Positions 9,392-18,961 of a stretch of 64,000 nt of DNA are shown piece by piece. Origin of the DNA: an uncultured Desulfobacterales bacterium (GTDB taxonomy: Bacteria; Desulfobacterota; Dissulfuribacteria; Dissulfuribacterales; QOAL01); the NCBI GenBank assembly GCA_964573805.1, contig CAZNKP010000016.1, positions 80,406-144,405 of the forward strand. The letters run 5' to 3'. The position numbers were made by a program, and so were the translations under genes. The notes beneath the pieces are model-generated. The model saw only the letters and a list, made by a program, of their open reading frames with translations, had not been told where the DNA came from and ran no database searches. Positions within the stretch are counted from its first letter, which is position 1. The number at the start of each line of letters is the position of its first letter.

Positions 9392-12067
9392 TTACATTGA
9401 TTCATAAACCTGTTTGTTGGCAGCATCCGCAAGAACACGTTCTAATACTGCAGCCAACTCATTTAAGGTGTAGGGCTTGCTGATGCACGCCTTGAATCCA
9501 AACCTCTCATAGGATGACATGATGGGATCGTTTGCATAGCCGCTTGAGACTATAACAACGGCGTCCTTGTCGATTTTTAGTAACTCTTTTATCGTCTCTT
9601 CGCCACCTAAGCCACCAGGAACTGTAATGTCAAGGATTACGGCATCAAAAGGTTCCCCTTTTTCCATCTCTTTTTTATAGATTTCTATAGCCCTTTGACC
9701 ATCTTCTACCGTAACATTCTTATATCCTAGCTTTTTTAGCATCTCTTGAACAGTCTCGCGCACAACTTTTTCGTCATCCATTACCAGAATTTTTCCACCA
9801 GTCCAGTGGCTAACCGTCTTGGACAAAGAGGATTCACGTTTCTTTTTAACAACTGCAGGCAGATAAATATAAAAGGTTGTCCCTTGGCCTGGCTCAGAAT
9901 CCACCCTTATATGACCCCCATGTTTTCTGATAATTGAATGACAGATAGATAATCCAAGTCCTGACCCCTTCCTCTTTGTAGTAAAAAAAGGCTCAAATAT
10001 CTTGTTTAGATAGTTCTTGGGGATTCCTATTCCTTCATCTTTGATAACGATTTCTATATAGTTATCAACCGGCCTTAATAGAAGTTCTTTTGCCCTGTTT
10101 TTAGAGATGTTACAACATGTTATTGTAATTTCGCCTCCGTTTGGCATGGCATGCCTAGCATTTATTACAAGATTTTGTATCACCTGGCTTACTTGTCCTT
10201 TATCGACCTCTGCTGCCCATAAATCGTCTGGGAACTCGTATTTGCATTTTATATTGGTGCCACTTAGGACAAAATTTGTTGAATCTATTATTATCTCCTC
10301 TAAAGAAGACAACTTTTTTATAGGTTCCCCTCCCTTTGCAAAGGTGAGCAGTTGCTGTGTCAAGCCGGTGGCCCGTAATGTAGCCTTTTCTGCCATGTCA
10401 AGATATTTTTTGGCTTTGTGGTCTTGGGCTATGATCATATTGGCTAGCTCGATATTTCCAAGGATTCCTGCAAGAATATTGTTGAAGTCATGAGCGATGC
10501 CGCCAGCAAGTACGCCAATAGATTCCAATTTTTCTATCTTGAGCATCTCCTTTTGCAGCTGTCTCTCATTGGTAACATCTCTAAAGACCAATACAACTCC
10601 AATAAGATTCTGGTCTTTATCAAATATCGGAGCCCCACTGTCAGCAATGTTTACTTCTCTTTCATCCTTGGAAACAAGGACGGTATCTTCTGGCAATTCT
10701 ATCATATGTTTTGACTCAAGGACCTTTTCAAAAGGATTTTCACAGGGCTGTCTTGTAAATTCATTGATTATTCTGAAAACCTTATTCACCGGTTGTCCTA
10801 TAGCCTCTGCTTCACGCCATCCTGTGAGCTTTTCTGCTGCCTTGTTTATCAAGGTGATACGCCCATCCAGATCTGTAACGATAACGCCATCTCCTATGGA
10901 TCTTAAAGTTACAAGGAGCCTGTTTTTTTCATCAGTAACCTGTTGTTGGAGAGCTATCATGGGTCTCAGGTCTTGAGCGCTTAGGATAACCAATTGATTG
11001 TTTTCAAACTTGGTATTGGTAGTGACATAAAGGCATGGCAGCTTTTGATTGTCTCTGGTAAGAAAATGGCCTTGTTTGATTGCTTCGGATTGAAATTTTT
11101 GGGATTTCCCTTCATGGTCACTTCCAAGAATTTCCTTGAGGACTTCGTGGCCTGTAACTTTTTCGATAGAGGTGCCTACAAGCTCTTGCCGCCTGTATTT
11201 TAAAAGTTCACAAACTTTCTTGTTTACCGATTTGATGGTGCCCTTGTCATCTATCACTATAACCATGCAACCGATTGTATCGAGAATCGTTTTGACATAT
11301 CTAAATAGATCGGTTAAGCGTTTATAACTTCGAGACAGTCTCTCTGTCATTTGATTAAATGCTGATGCCACCAGCCCGAATTCATCATCTGACTCTACAG
11401 AGACCTTATGCAACAAGTTACCCCTGGCTACTGAATCAGCTCCAGTTTGTAATAGCTTAAGTGGCTCTATTAATCCAAAGGAAAAAAGCAGAGAATAAAT
11501 CAAGGCTATTACCATTAACAAGATTAACAAGATAAACCAAAACATAAACAAGTGCTTAAGCACATATATAGCACCAGAGCTCGAAAGATCATATTTTAAA
11601 ATAATTGCTCCTATCCAATTGTTATTCTGTCCAATCAATGGATATATCCATAAGTTTTTATCTAATTTTATCGGTTGTATGTCGTCTTTAGAATGGGTGT
11701 TATTATTTGTATTAAAAAAGGAAGAGAGCTTATCAAAATGAGGGGTTTTTCCCCCTATTTTTGCATGATTTGTATCAGCAATAATGGTTCCATTAGGGTC
11801 TATTACAGAAATTATCTCATTGCATTTTAGAGAAATGTCATCAATAAGTGTTTGAATGATTTCCTTGTTATTTTTTTTAAAATTTGTTTTTTTTATGTCT
11901 GAAATGACAATGTTCAGAATGTCTGCTTCACGTTGTAGATCAAATTGTGCATGTTTCCAGAACATGTGCCAGGTCGAGACACCTAAAAAAAGAAACAGCA
12001 AAAGGCTTGGCAGAAAAGAGATCATCAGGAAACTCTTGAGGATCTTTGTCTGAACACTGTTTTGCAT
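9392..12067 (-). CDS. Hybrid sensor histidine kinase (TM, periplasmic sensor, TM, HAMP, 2 PAS, HisKA, HATPase, receiver)
   Basis: HAMP region LIEPLKLLQTGADSVARGNL...EFGLVASAFNQM. H-box GGIAHDFNNILAGI. G-boxes KDEGIGIP and GSGLGLSICHSII. Receiver KILVMDDE...DAVILDITVPG. AGGAG sits 8 nt upstream of the ATG at 12067. Confidence 0.9.
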   Translation of the reverse strand: MQNSVQTKILKSFLMISFLPSLLLFLFLGVSTWHMFWKHAQFDLQREADILNIVISDIKKTNFKKNNKEIIQTLIDDISLKCNEIISVIDPNGTIIADTNHAKIGGKTPHFDKLSSFFNTNNNTHSKDDIQPIKLDKNLWIYPLIGQNNNWIGAIILKYDLSSSGAIYVLKHLFMFWFILLILLMVIALIYSLLFSFGLIEPLKLLQTGADSVARGNLLHKVSVESDDEFGLVASAFNQMTERLSRSYKRLTDLFRYVKTILDTIGCMVIVIDDKGTIKSVNKKVCELLKYRRQELVGTSIEKVTGHEVLKEILGSDHEGKSQKFQSEAIKQGHFLTRDNQKLPCLYVTTNTKFENNQLVILSAQDLRPMIALQQQVTDEKNRLLVTLRSIGDGVIVTDLDGRITLINKAAEKLTGWREAEAIGQPVNKVFRIINEFTRQPCENPFEKVLESKHMIELPEDTVLVSKDEREVNIADSGAPIFDKDQNLIGVVLVFRDVTNERQLQKEMLKIEKLESIGVLAGGIAHDFNNILAGILGNIELANMIIAQDHKAKKYLDMAEKATLRATGLTQQLLTFAKGGEPIKKLSSLEEIIIDSTNFVLSGTNIKCKYEFPDDLWAAEVDKGQVSQVIQNLVINARHAMPNGGEITITCCNISKNRAKELLLRPVDNYIEIVIKDEGIGIPKNYLNKIFEPFFTTKRKGSGLGLSICHSIIRKHGGHIRVDSEPGQGTTFYIYLPAVVKKKRESSLSKTVSHWTGGKILVMDDEKVVRETVQEMLKKLGYKNVTVEDGQRAIEIYKKEMEKGEPFDAVILDITVPGGLGGEETIKELLKIDKDAVVIVSSGYANDPIMSSYERFGFKACISKPYTLNELAAVLERVLADAANKQVYESM

Positions 12068-12932
12068 GATTATATACTCCTGCTGTTTGTGTCTTTTGGG
12101 GTAAGGGCTTGCAATATAAAATAGGCATATAAGAATACCAAAGAATGAACACCGCTGTTAAAATCATAATGCCACTAAGTGAAAAGAATTCGGAACACTC
12201 CTCTATATTACACCAATAACATGTGAATATATGGTAAGCTGATACAAGTTGTGATATACCTATAATTATAAATTGTATAGAAACAGCAACAAAAATCCTG
12301 TTACGTGTTTTGAAATAAAAAAAACAATATACAGAAAAAGATAAGAAAGAAAAAAGAGAGACAAAAACAAATATTAAACCTTGAAAATTTAAACTGCCAA
12401 TTTTATATGGAATAGGATTGGGCAGATCCATGTAAAATAGACTAATAAATAATATAAAAACAATTAAACCAAAGCCGAATGATAAAATAATCCACAGTTT
12501 TCTCAAGATAAACCTTAACTCCAGGACTTGAACCTGATTAATTAAATACAAAACGAAAGACAATCCTATAGATAATATTGAAATAACATTGGGATAAACA
12601 TGAGCGGTGCCACAAAATCCCAAATCACTACATATCTTACAATAACTAAGATGAAAACAATTAATTATCATACCAACAACAAAAAAAAATAAAGATAATG
12701 GAATAAAACGGAATGCCTCAAGTTTAGTATGCTTAAATACTACATAAGATGCATAAGCTAATATCAAAGCAAAAATTATATTGCCAAGACTTACCCATGC
12801 TAAAAAATAGAGTTGGTAATGTATTTTTGAAAATTGAAAATCGTTTATTTCAAAACCAGAAATATAGAAATAGATAGATAATATAAATAAAAAAATGAAT
12901 AAAAGTGATGGAAGTATTGTTAAGCGTCTCAT
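11940..12932 (-). CDS. Hypothetical polytopic membrane protein with internal duplication and two H-x3-C-x2-C-x4/5-C motifs
   Basis: 330 aa with about 8 hydrophobic segments. Motifs are HLSYCKICSDLGFC and HIFTCYWCNIEEC. GAGG lies 7 nt upstream of the ATG at 12932. The gene is visibly AT-rich, and its 3' end overlaps the kinase gene by 128 nt in another frame. Confidence 0.6.
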   Translation of the reverse strand: MRRLTILPSLLFIFLFILSIYFYISGFEINDFQFSKIHYQLYFLAWVSLGNIIFALILAYASYVVFKHTKLEAFRFIPLSLFFFVVGMIINCFHLSYCKICSDLGFCGTAHVYPNVISILSIGLSFVLYLINQVQVLELRFILRKLWIILSFGFGLIVFILFISLFYMDLPNPIPYKIGSLNFQGLIFVFVSLFSFLSFSVYCFFYFKTRNRIFVAVSIQFIIIGISQLVSAYHIFTCYWCNIEECSEFFSLSGIMILTAVFILWYSYMPILYCKPLPQKTQTAGVYNHAKQCSDKDPQEFPDDLFSAKPFAVSFFRCLDLAHVLETCTI

Positions 12933-13691
12933 ATTGCCTCACATAAGCAGAGAGTATAGAGCTTTTTGGTCATTTTTTCACATCTTTTTGTTTCTACGGC
13001 TGTTTAGTTATTGGAGCTTCCCCCACCCTTTTTTAGATATTAAAAAGTTAACAGCATTTTTTATTCCTAAAATACATAGATATTGAGCTCGCCGGGGAAA
13101 ATATTTCCTTTAACACAGCTTTTATACTACAAATGAGAGAAAATTTGTAAAGAACTTGAATTTTAGTAAATTAATAAGCAATAAATGATGTGTCACATTT
13201 TTGCGACAGTATGTAGCAAAATAACTACATCAGTTACTAACTAAGGCGGAATAGTTTTGATGATACGAGGCATGTATCTGGCTAGCATAAAACCCAATAA
13301 CTAAGGATGTAAGAGACATTTGACAATTTTCTTCTTGAAGAAACAAGAAACCAAGAGTTGTATAAGACTACAATATACTCTATTCCTTAATAACAAAGTG
13401 CCACCAGAATTGTTGACTATTGCTCGGCACTGAAATATTCAACATTTGAATTAAAGATTACTGTGCAATCTGCAGATACAACATAAGATATCGAACCTTA
13501 TAGCTGTTTTTTTATCACTAAACCATTCCTTTTATAAATAATGTCATGCTCAAGAGAAATTCCCAAAATATGGAGACCCTCTCGAATTTACATGAAATAA
13601 ACATATGTGATCTTTGCATCCGACACCATGTGCTTTTTGTCTAAATTTTCTGGAAACGCCTTTATTTTTACTTATCTTTTTGGTAAAGGAG

Positions 13692-13719
13692 TTGAACCTT
13701 TGGTATCATTGGCTATATT
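13692..13719 (+). promoter_or_regulatory. Candidate sigma70-like promoter for the DUF1178/mqn operon
   Basis: TTGAAC, 16 nt, TATATT, about 40 nt upstream of the ATG at 13759. Confidence 0.35.
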
Positions 13720-13758
13720 TTAATAAAGGACTATGAAAAACACTCTCCCTTAAGCAAA

Positions 13759-14184
13759 ATGATTGTTTTTGATCTGAAATGTAGCAATGAACACGTCTTT
13801 GAAGCCTGGTTTAAGGATAGTTCTGCCTTTGAAGAGCAGAGGGATAAGGGACTCCTAGAGTGTCCTGTTTGTGGAGACAGGACCATAGAGAAGGCTATTT
13901 CTCCTATAAAACTCAAGAAAAGCGGTTGCCAAAAAGGTGAAGGCTCGTTGCATCAAGAAGTGGTTACAAGGATGATGCAGGCCTTTTATCAAAAGGTGAT
14001 AGAGTCAAGCGAGGATGTAGGGACTAAATTTGCATCCGAGGCATTGAAGATACATTATGGAGTTTGTGAGCCAAGAAGTATAAGAGGGGTGGCAACCCGG
14101 GAGGAAGAAAAGATGCTAAAGGAGGAAGGGGTAGAGTTTTTTCGTATTCCAGTCCCCAATAAAAAGGAGGATAAGCCCAATTGA
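13759..14184 (+). CDS. DUF1178-family zinc-ribbon protein
   Basis: The N-terminus MIVFDLKCSNEHVFEAWFKDSSAFEEQ...CPVCGD matches the DUF1178 pattern as I recall it. Confidence 0.6.
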   Translation: MIVFDLKCSNEHVFEAWFKDSSAFEEQRDKGLLECPVCGDRTIEKAISPIKLKKSGCQKGEGSLHQEVVTRMMQAFYQKVIESSEDVGTKFASEALKIHYGVCEPRSIRGVATREEEKMLKEEGVEFFRIPVPNKKEDKPN

Positions 14185-14711
14185 CAACCACAAATAACCA
14201 GGTCCCAGAGTTGAAGCCCAGCGGCCTTCAGAAACAGGTCCCTAACAAAGCACCTGTGGTGGAAAGGGGTTGCAGGGTCATAATGGATTTTGTGGTGCGA
14301 CTTGTATCTGGTAAGGTGGTTGATTCATCTGAAAAAGGTGGCGGGCCGGCGAGCTTTGTATGTGGAAAAGGGGACTTTCCAAAGCCGGTTGAGGAAGGAA
14401 TAATCGGGCTTGCACCAGGGGATATGAAAACTATAACTGTGCACCCCTATTACGCCTATGGACTATATGATCCCAAAAAACAGATGCTTGTTGCTATTGA
14501 GCGTATTTCCGGACCAGTGGAGCAGGGCAAGGTGGTTAAGGTGCCAGATCAGCTTGGAATAACAAGACCGGCTATAGTAAGAGATATTTGGCCTGGTGCC
14601 ATTATGGTGGATTTTAACCATCCTCTTGCTGGCCAGGTTCTGAAGTTTGAGGTTATGATTAGAGAAGTAAGGCCCAATGAAGATGACAGGGAGCATGAAA
14701 AGGAACAGTAA
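14181..14711 (+). CDS. FKBP-type peptidyl-prolyl cis-trans isomerase (SlyD-like)
   Basis: Contains VVDSS...FVCGKGDFPKPVEEGIIGLAPGD...NHPLAGQVLKFEVMIREV. The TTG start at 14181 is uncertain and a later start is possible. Confidence 0.7.
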   Translation: MTTTNNQVPELKPSGLQKQVPNKAPVVERGCRVIMDFVVRLVSGKVVDSSEKGGGPASFVCGKGDFPKPVEEGIIGLAPGDMKTITVHPYYAYGLYDPKKQMLVAIERISGPVEQGKVVKVPDQLGITRPAIVRDIWPGAIMVDFNHPLAGQVLKFEVMIREVRPNEDDREHEKEQ

Positions 14712-15829
14712 TGGCCGAATCACTTATTATTGAAGAATCTATAAAAAGGGAAGGGCTTTCAGACATATACGAAAAAGTGATGAAAGGGGAGAGGCTTTCT
14801 AAAGACGACGGCATCAGGCTTTATGAAACTTCAGATCTTTGTTCACTTGGTTTCTTGGCAAACAAAGTAAGAGAAAAAAAGAACGGTCAATATACATACT
14901 ACATTTATAATCAGCATATTAATTACTCCAATGTATGCACAAATCTCTGTAAGTTTTGTGCCTTTGGTAAGGAAAAGGGCAAGCCGGGCGCATATTGTAT
15001 GACCATAGAAGAAATTGTAGCCAAGATAGAAGAACGGCTTGATGAGCCGATACGGGAGGTCCACATTGTTGGAGGAATACATCCAGAACTTCCATATTCA
15101 TACTATATCGACATGTTAAAGGAGATTAAGAGAGTCAGACCAGATATCCATATTCAAGCATTTACATGTGTGGAGATAGCGCATATTGCCAAGATGGGAG
15201 GAAAGTCTATTGAAGAGGCCTTGTTAGAGTTGAAAGAGGCAGGCCTTGGTTCTATTCCAGGAGGCGGAGCCGAAGTCTTCAGCCCAAGGATACGGCAGCG
15301 GCTTTGCCCTGAAAAGCTACCTGGAGACCATTGGCTAGAGGTGGCAAAAACGGCCCATAGATTAGGCCTTAAATCAAATGCTACCATGCTTTATGGTCAT
15401 ATAGAGACCATTGAAGAAAGGGTAGAGCATATGATGGCCCTGAGGGAGGCGCAAGATGAAACCAACGGCTTTATGTGTTTCATTCCCTTGGCGTTTCATC
15501 CCAAAAATACTGCCCTTGAAGATGTCGCCCCTACAAGTGGCGTGGATGATATAAAAAATATTGCAGTATCAAGACTTCTACTCGATAACTTCCCTCACAT
15601 AAAGGCATACTGGGTTATGCTAGGCCCAAAGGTGGCCCAACTTGCTCTAAGTTTCGGTGCAGACGATATGGACGGCACTGTACTGGAAGAAAAGATAACC
15701 CATATGGCTGGTGGAGAAACATCCCAGGCCCTTTCCAACAGGGAAATAGAGTACCTAATAACTTCCGCTGGAAGGGTCCCTGTTGAGAGAGACACCCTTT
15801 ACAATGTCGTAAAAGTCGTTTCCCATTAG
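14711..15829 (+). CDS. mqnE: Radical SAM aminodeoxyfutalosine synthase (MqnE-type)
   Basis: CTNLCKFCAF cluster, HIVGGIHPE, PGGGAEVF, ATMLYGHIET, FMCFIPLAF. The MqnE versus MqnC assignment comes from remembered family signatures, so the two paralogues could be swapped. Confidence 0.65.
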   Translation: MAESLIIEESIKREGLSDIYEKVMKGERLSKDDGIRLYETSDLCSLGFLANKVREKKNGQYTYYIYNQHINYSNVCTNLCKFCAFGKEKGKPGAYCMTIEEIVAKIEERLDEPIREVHIVGGIHPELPYSYYIDMLKEIKRVRPDIHIQAFTCVEIAHIAKMGGKSIEEALLELKEAGLGSIPGGGAEVFSPRIRQRLCPEKLPGDHWLEVAKTAHRLGLKSNATMLYGHIETIEERVEHMMALREAQDETNGFMCFIPLAFHPKNTALEDVAPTSGVDDIKNIAVSRLLLDNFPHIKAYWVMLGPKVAQLALSFGADDMDGTVLEEKITHMAGGETSQALSNREIEYLITSAGRVPVERDTLYNVVKVVSH

Positions 15830-15831
15830 CG

Positions 15832-16896
15832 ATGGTCGAACAAATAATAGAAAAAGTCTGCTTGGGCCAAAGGATAGACGAACAGGAGGCGGTGGATCTT
15901 TATCGTAGGGCGGGTTTCCACGAGCTTGGCCAGTTAGCTTCCCTAAAGAGGTTTAAGGAAAATCCAGAACCTGTAGTTACCTATGTAATTGACCGCAACA
16001 TCAATTATACAAATGTATGTATCTCAGGTTGTAAGTTTTGTGCCTATTATTGTGCTCCCGAAAGTGAGGAGGGTTTCGTGCTGTCTTTTGAGGAGCTTGG
16101 CAGAAAGATAAAAGAAACCAAGGCCCTTGGAGGAACCCAGATACTCCTTCAGGGTGGATTGCATCCTGGTCTTTCCTTGGACTTTTATGAGGACATGCTC
16201 CGTTTCATAAAATCCTTCGATATTCATTGCCACGGCTTCTCTCCACCTGAAATTGTTCATTTTGCCAAGTTATCTGGACTGTCTGTAAAAGAGGTTCTCA
16301 AGAGACTTATATCCGCTGGCCTAGATTCCATTCCTGGCGGCGGTGCAGAGATCCTTGTCGATAACGTAAGAAAGCAAATAGCTCCAAGAAAGGCCAACAG
16401 CGCCGAATGGCTAAATGTGATGGAGACAGCCCATAAACTCGGTCTTCGGACCACTGCAACCATGATGTTCGGCCATCTGGAGTCTCTAGAGGATAGAATC
16501 CAGCACCTTTCAAAGCTGAGGCATCTGCAAGACAAGACAGGGGGATTTACTGCTTTCATCCCATGGCCATTTCAACCGGGAAACACGGCTATAAATTGTA
16601 GGCCAGCCACAGCTCATGAATACCTGAAAATGTTAGCCATCTCCCGTATCTTTTTAGACAATTTTCAAAATATTCAAGCCTCTTGGGTGACTCAAGGATA
16701 CAAGGTTGCTCAAATGGCCCTCTTTTTTGGCGCAAATGATTTTGGCAGCACAATGATCGAAGAAAACGTTGTTGCTGCGGCAGGTGTTAGCCACAGACTG
16801 TCAGAAGAAGAGATACGCCGACACATAAGAGAGGCTGGTTTTCATCCCAGGCAACGTCTTATGGACTATAGTCTTGCAATGCAGACCTCTGTATGA
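15832..16896 (+). CDS. mqnC: Radical SAM cyclic dehypoxanthinyl futalosine synthase (MqnC-type)
   Basis: VIDRNINYTNVCISGCKFCAYY, LLQGGLHP, PGGGAEIL, TATMMFGHLES, FTAFIPWPFQ. The start lies 2 nt after the mqnE stop. Confidence 0.65.
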   Translation: MVEQIIEKVCLGQRIDEQEAVDLYRRAGFHELGQLASLKRFKENPEPVVTYVIDRNINYTNVCISGCKFCAYYCAPESEEGFVLSFEELGRKIKETKALGGTQILLQGGLHPGLSLDFYEDMLRFIKSFDIHCHGFSPPEIVHFAKLSGLSVKEVLKRLISAGLDSIPGGGAEILVDNVRKQIAPRKANSAEWLNVMETAHKLGLRTTATMMFGHLESLEDRIQHLSKLRHLQDKTGGFTAFIPWPFQPGNTAINCRPATAHEYLKMLAISRIFLDNFQNIQASWVTQGYKVAQMALFFGANDFGSTMIEENVVAAAGVSHRLSEEEIRRHIREAGFHPRQRLMDYSLAMQTSV

Positions 16897-18122
16897 AACA
16901 GATATGGCTTTACAGGGCACCCTTGATAATACCAGTCTTGACCCCTCCCATAGAAAATGGTGCAGTATTAATAAAAGGAAATAAGGTAGCCGCTGTCGGC
17001 CATTATCCTCATTTAAAGGCTTGTGTTCCCCTTGGGACCAAAGTGGTAGATATAGAGGAAGGGTTGATAATGCCAGGTCTTGTAAACTGCCATTGCCATC
17101 TGGCATTGTCATGGATGAAAGACAAGATAGAAAGAGGAACTGGTTTTTCTACATGGCTTAAAAGAGTTATATGGCTAAAGACCACCTTGGGAAACTCAAT
17201 GACAAAGAAACAGCATTTTGAGGCCTTGCTATTTGGTATCAAACTCCTTAAGGAAGCAGGCACAGTGCTTGTCTATGATGTCATAAATGCTCCCCCTCTT
17301 TCATCTCTAGAATCAACTTTTAAGGATAATGGCCTTTTTGTCCATTTTTTTTGGGAAATTATTCATCCTAAGGCTGATTTCTTTACTCCGGATGGCATGC
17401 TTGATGGTCTTGGGGATCTTTCTAATAGCTGGTCGTTAAGTGCCCATTCTGTTTACACATGTTCAAGACAGGCCCTGTGCGCCATAAAGGCCTTTTGTAA
17501 AATAAGAAGACGCACTTTTTCCATCCACATTGCCGAATCCCGTGAGGAACTAGAGTTTGTTAAAACTGGAAAAGGACCAATAGCAGAAATATTGAAGGAA
17601 AGAAAAAGAGAGGTGGCTAAATTTTTTAGCCCCTCCAATTCTCCTGTGCAGCTCCTTGATGAACTGGGGCTTTTAGATGAAAAAACAATGTGTGTACATT
17701 GTACCTTTTTGGATGATAGGGATATGACCATCTTGGCCACAAGAGGTGCCTGGGTATGCCTGTGTCCTGAAAGTAATCTTTATATTTCTGGATCTATGCC
17801 AAGGGTAGACAAGATCTTTCAAAGGGTGGGACGGGTCTGTTTTGGGACAGATAGCCTTGCAAGCAACAGTAATTTGTCTATACTCAGCCAATTGAGGGCG
17901 GTTTTTAAGGCCTATCCCTCCATCAATCCTGCTATCTTATTTGAAGCAGCAACCCTTGGTGGTGCTAAAGCCCAGGGTCTCGATGGTTTTTTGGGCTCTA
18001 TTGCAAAAGGCACCATGGCACGATTGTTGGCCTTGAGATATATGCCATGCAAGGCGCGCGAGGTTTTTGAATTTCTTTGTTCAGAGCCTATAGAAGAAAG
18101 GATAGAACAAATTGAACTCTAG
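16893..18122 (+). CDS. Amidohydrolase-superfamily deaminase, probably aminodeoxyfutalosine deaminase
   Basis: Metal-binding motif VNCHCHL, plus later HIAES and FGTDSLASN. ATGA overlap with mqnC. The position between mqnC and mqnA supports the functional guess. Confidence 0.6.
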   Translation: MKQIWLYRAPLIIPVLTPPIENGAVLIKGNKVAAVGHYPHLKACVPLGTKVVDIEEGLIMPGLVNCHCHLALSWMKDKIERGTGFSTWLKRVIWLKTTLGNSMTKKQHFEALLFGIKLLKEAGTVLVYDVINAPPLSSLESTFKDNGLFVHFFWEIIHPKADFFTPDGMLDGLGDLSNSWSLSAHSVYTCSRQALCAIKAFCKIRRRTFSIHIAESREELEFVKTGKGPIAEILKERKREVAKFFSPSNSPVQLLDELGLLDEKTMCVHCTFLDDRDMTILATRGAWVCLCPESNLYISGSMPRVDKIFQRVGRVCFGTDSLASNSNLSILSQLRAVFKAYPSINPAILFEAATLGGAKAQGLDGFLGSIAKGTMARLLALRYMPCKAREVFEFLCSEPIEERIEQIEL

Positions 18123-18957
18123 AGGCAGAAAAGGCAACAGACCTTACAGGCTTGGCGTTGTCAACTTCATAAATACTGCCCCCTTGCTTGTGCCTTTAAA
18201 AGAACAAGGTCCCTTGGAAGGCTGGCAGATAGTTGAAGATACGCCCTCGGCCTTAAATGCCATGCTTAAGAAAGGTGAAATAGATATGGGCCTTATTTCT
18301 TCCTTTGCCTATGGCCTAGACTTTAAAAACTACTTTATTTTAAGGGATTACTGCATTAGTGCTACAGGTACTGTTGGCAGTGTTGTGCTGTACAGCCGGC
18401 TTCCAATCTATGAGCTTTCAGGCAAAACAATATGCCTCACCGAGCAGTCCGCAACTTCCATAAATCTTCTTTATATTGTGCTTGAATATTTTAATGGGTT
18501 GAATCCAAATTATGTTGTAGGGAGTTATGGTGATTTCCAAGATAGGGATGATTTGATTGCTTATCTGTCAATAGGCGATGAGGCATTAAGGATAAAGAGA
18601 ATGAATCATAATTTTTATTCATATGATCTTGCCTCCATATGGTATGAAACCACTTCTCTGCCCTTTGTCTTTGCCCTCTGGGCGATAAGAAAGGGAATTG
18701 GTCTTTCTGGCTCTTCTGAGCTTAGTCTTTTGAAGCAGAGGCTTAATAAGGCATACAGACATGGTGCAGCAAGGCTTGATGAGATAAGTGCCTTGGTGGC
18801 AGGCAGGATACCAATGCCACAGGTGGAATGTTTAGCATATCTTAAGGGAATCGAGTTTGACTTGACGCGCTTGAAAATCAAGGGACTTGGCCATTTTTTC
18901 TATCTTCTTTATCAGATGGGCCGTTTACCAGCCATTCCCAAAATTGTTCAGGTGTAA
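18112..18957 (+). CDS. mqnA: Chorismate dehydratase MqnA
   Basis: YRLGVVNFINTAPLLVPL...IDMGLISSFAY...LPFVFALWAIRK follows the MqnA (VitK2 biosynthesis) pattern. TTG start at 18112. Confidence 0.75.
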   Translation: MNSRGRKGNRPYRLGVVNFINTAPLLVPLKEQGPLEGWQIVEDTPSALNAMLKKGEIDMGLISSFAYGLDFKNYFILRDYCISATGTVGSVVLYSRLPIYELSGKTICLTEQSATSINLLYIVLEYFNGLNPNYVVGSYGDFQDRDDLIAYLSIGDEALRIKRMNHNFYSYDLASIWYETTSLPFVFALWAIRKGIGLSGSSELSLLKQRLNKAYRHGAARLDEISALVAGRIPMPQVECLAYLKGIEFDLTRLKIKGLGHFFYLLYQMGRLPAIPKIVQV

Positions 18958-18961
18958 AAAG

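Noticed and set aside
11940-12067. The idea that the Cys-motif membrane protein and the hybrid kinase are one frameshifted gene.
   Set aside because: The kinase has its own strong AGGAG RBS, an ATG, and a complete TM-sensor-TM-HAMP architecture, so two separate genes is the simpler reading. A sequencing error near the overlap cannot be excluded.
12895-13086. A 63-aa plus-strand ORF, and a 61-aa minus-strand ORF at 13731-13916, at the edges of the long AT-rich gap.
   Set aside because: They overlap the starts of real genes on the other strand. They have no RBS and implausible composition.
18016-18031. TGGCAC-N5-TTGGC, a sigma-54-like -24/-12 element about 90 nt upstream of mqnA.
   Set aside because: It is inside the deaminase coding region of a translationally coupled operon, and its -12 box is imperfect. 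It is most likely a chance match.
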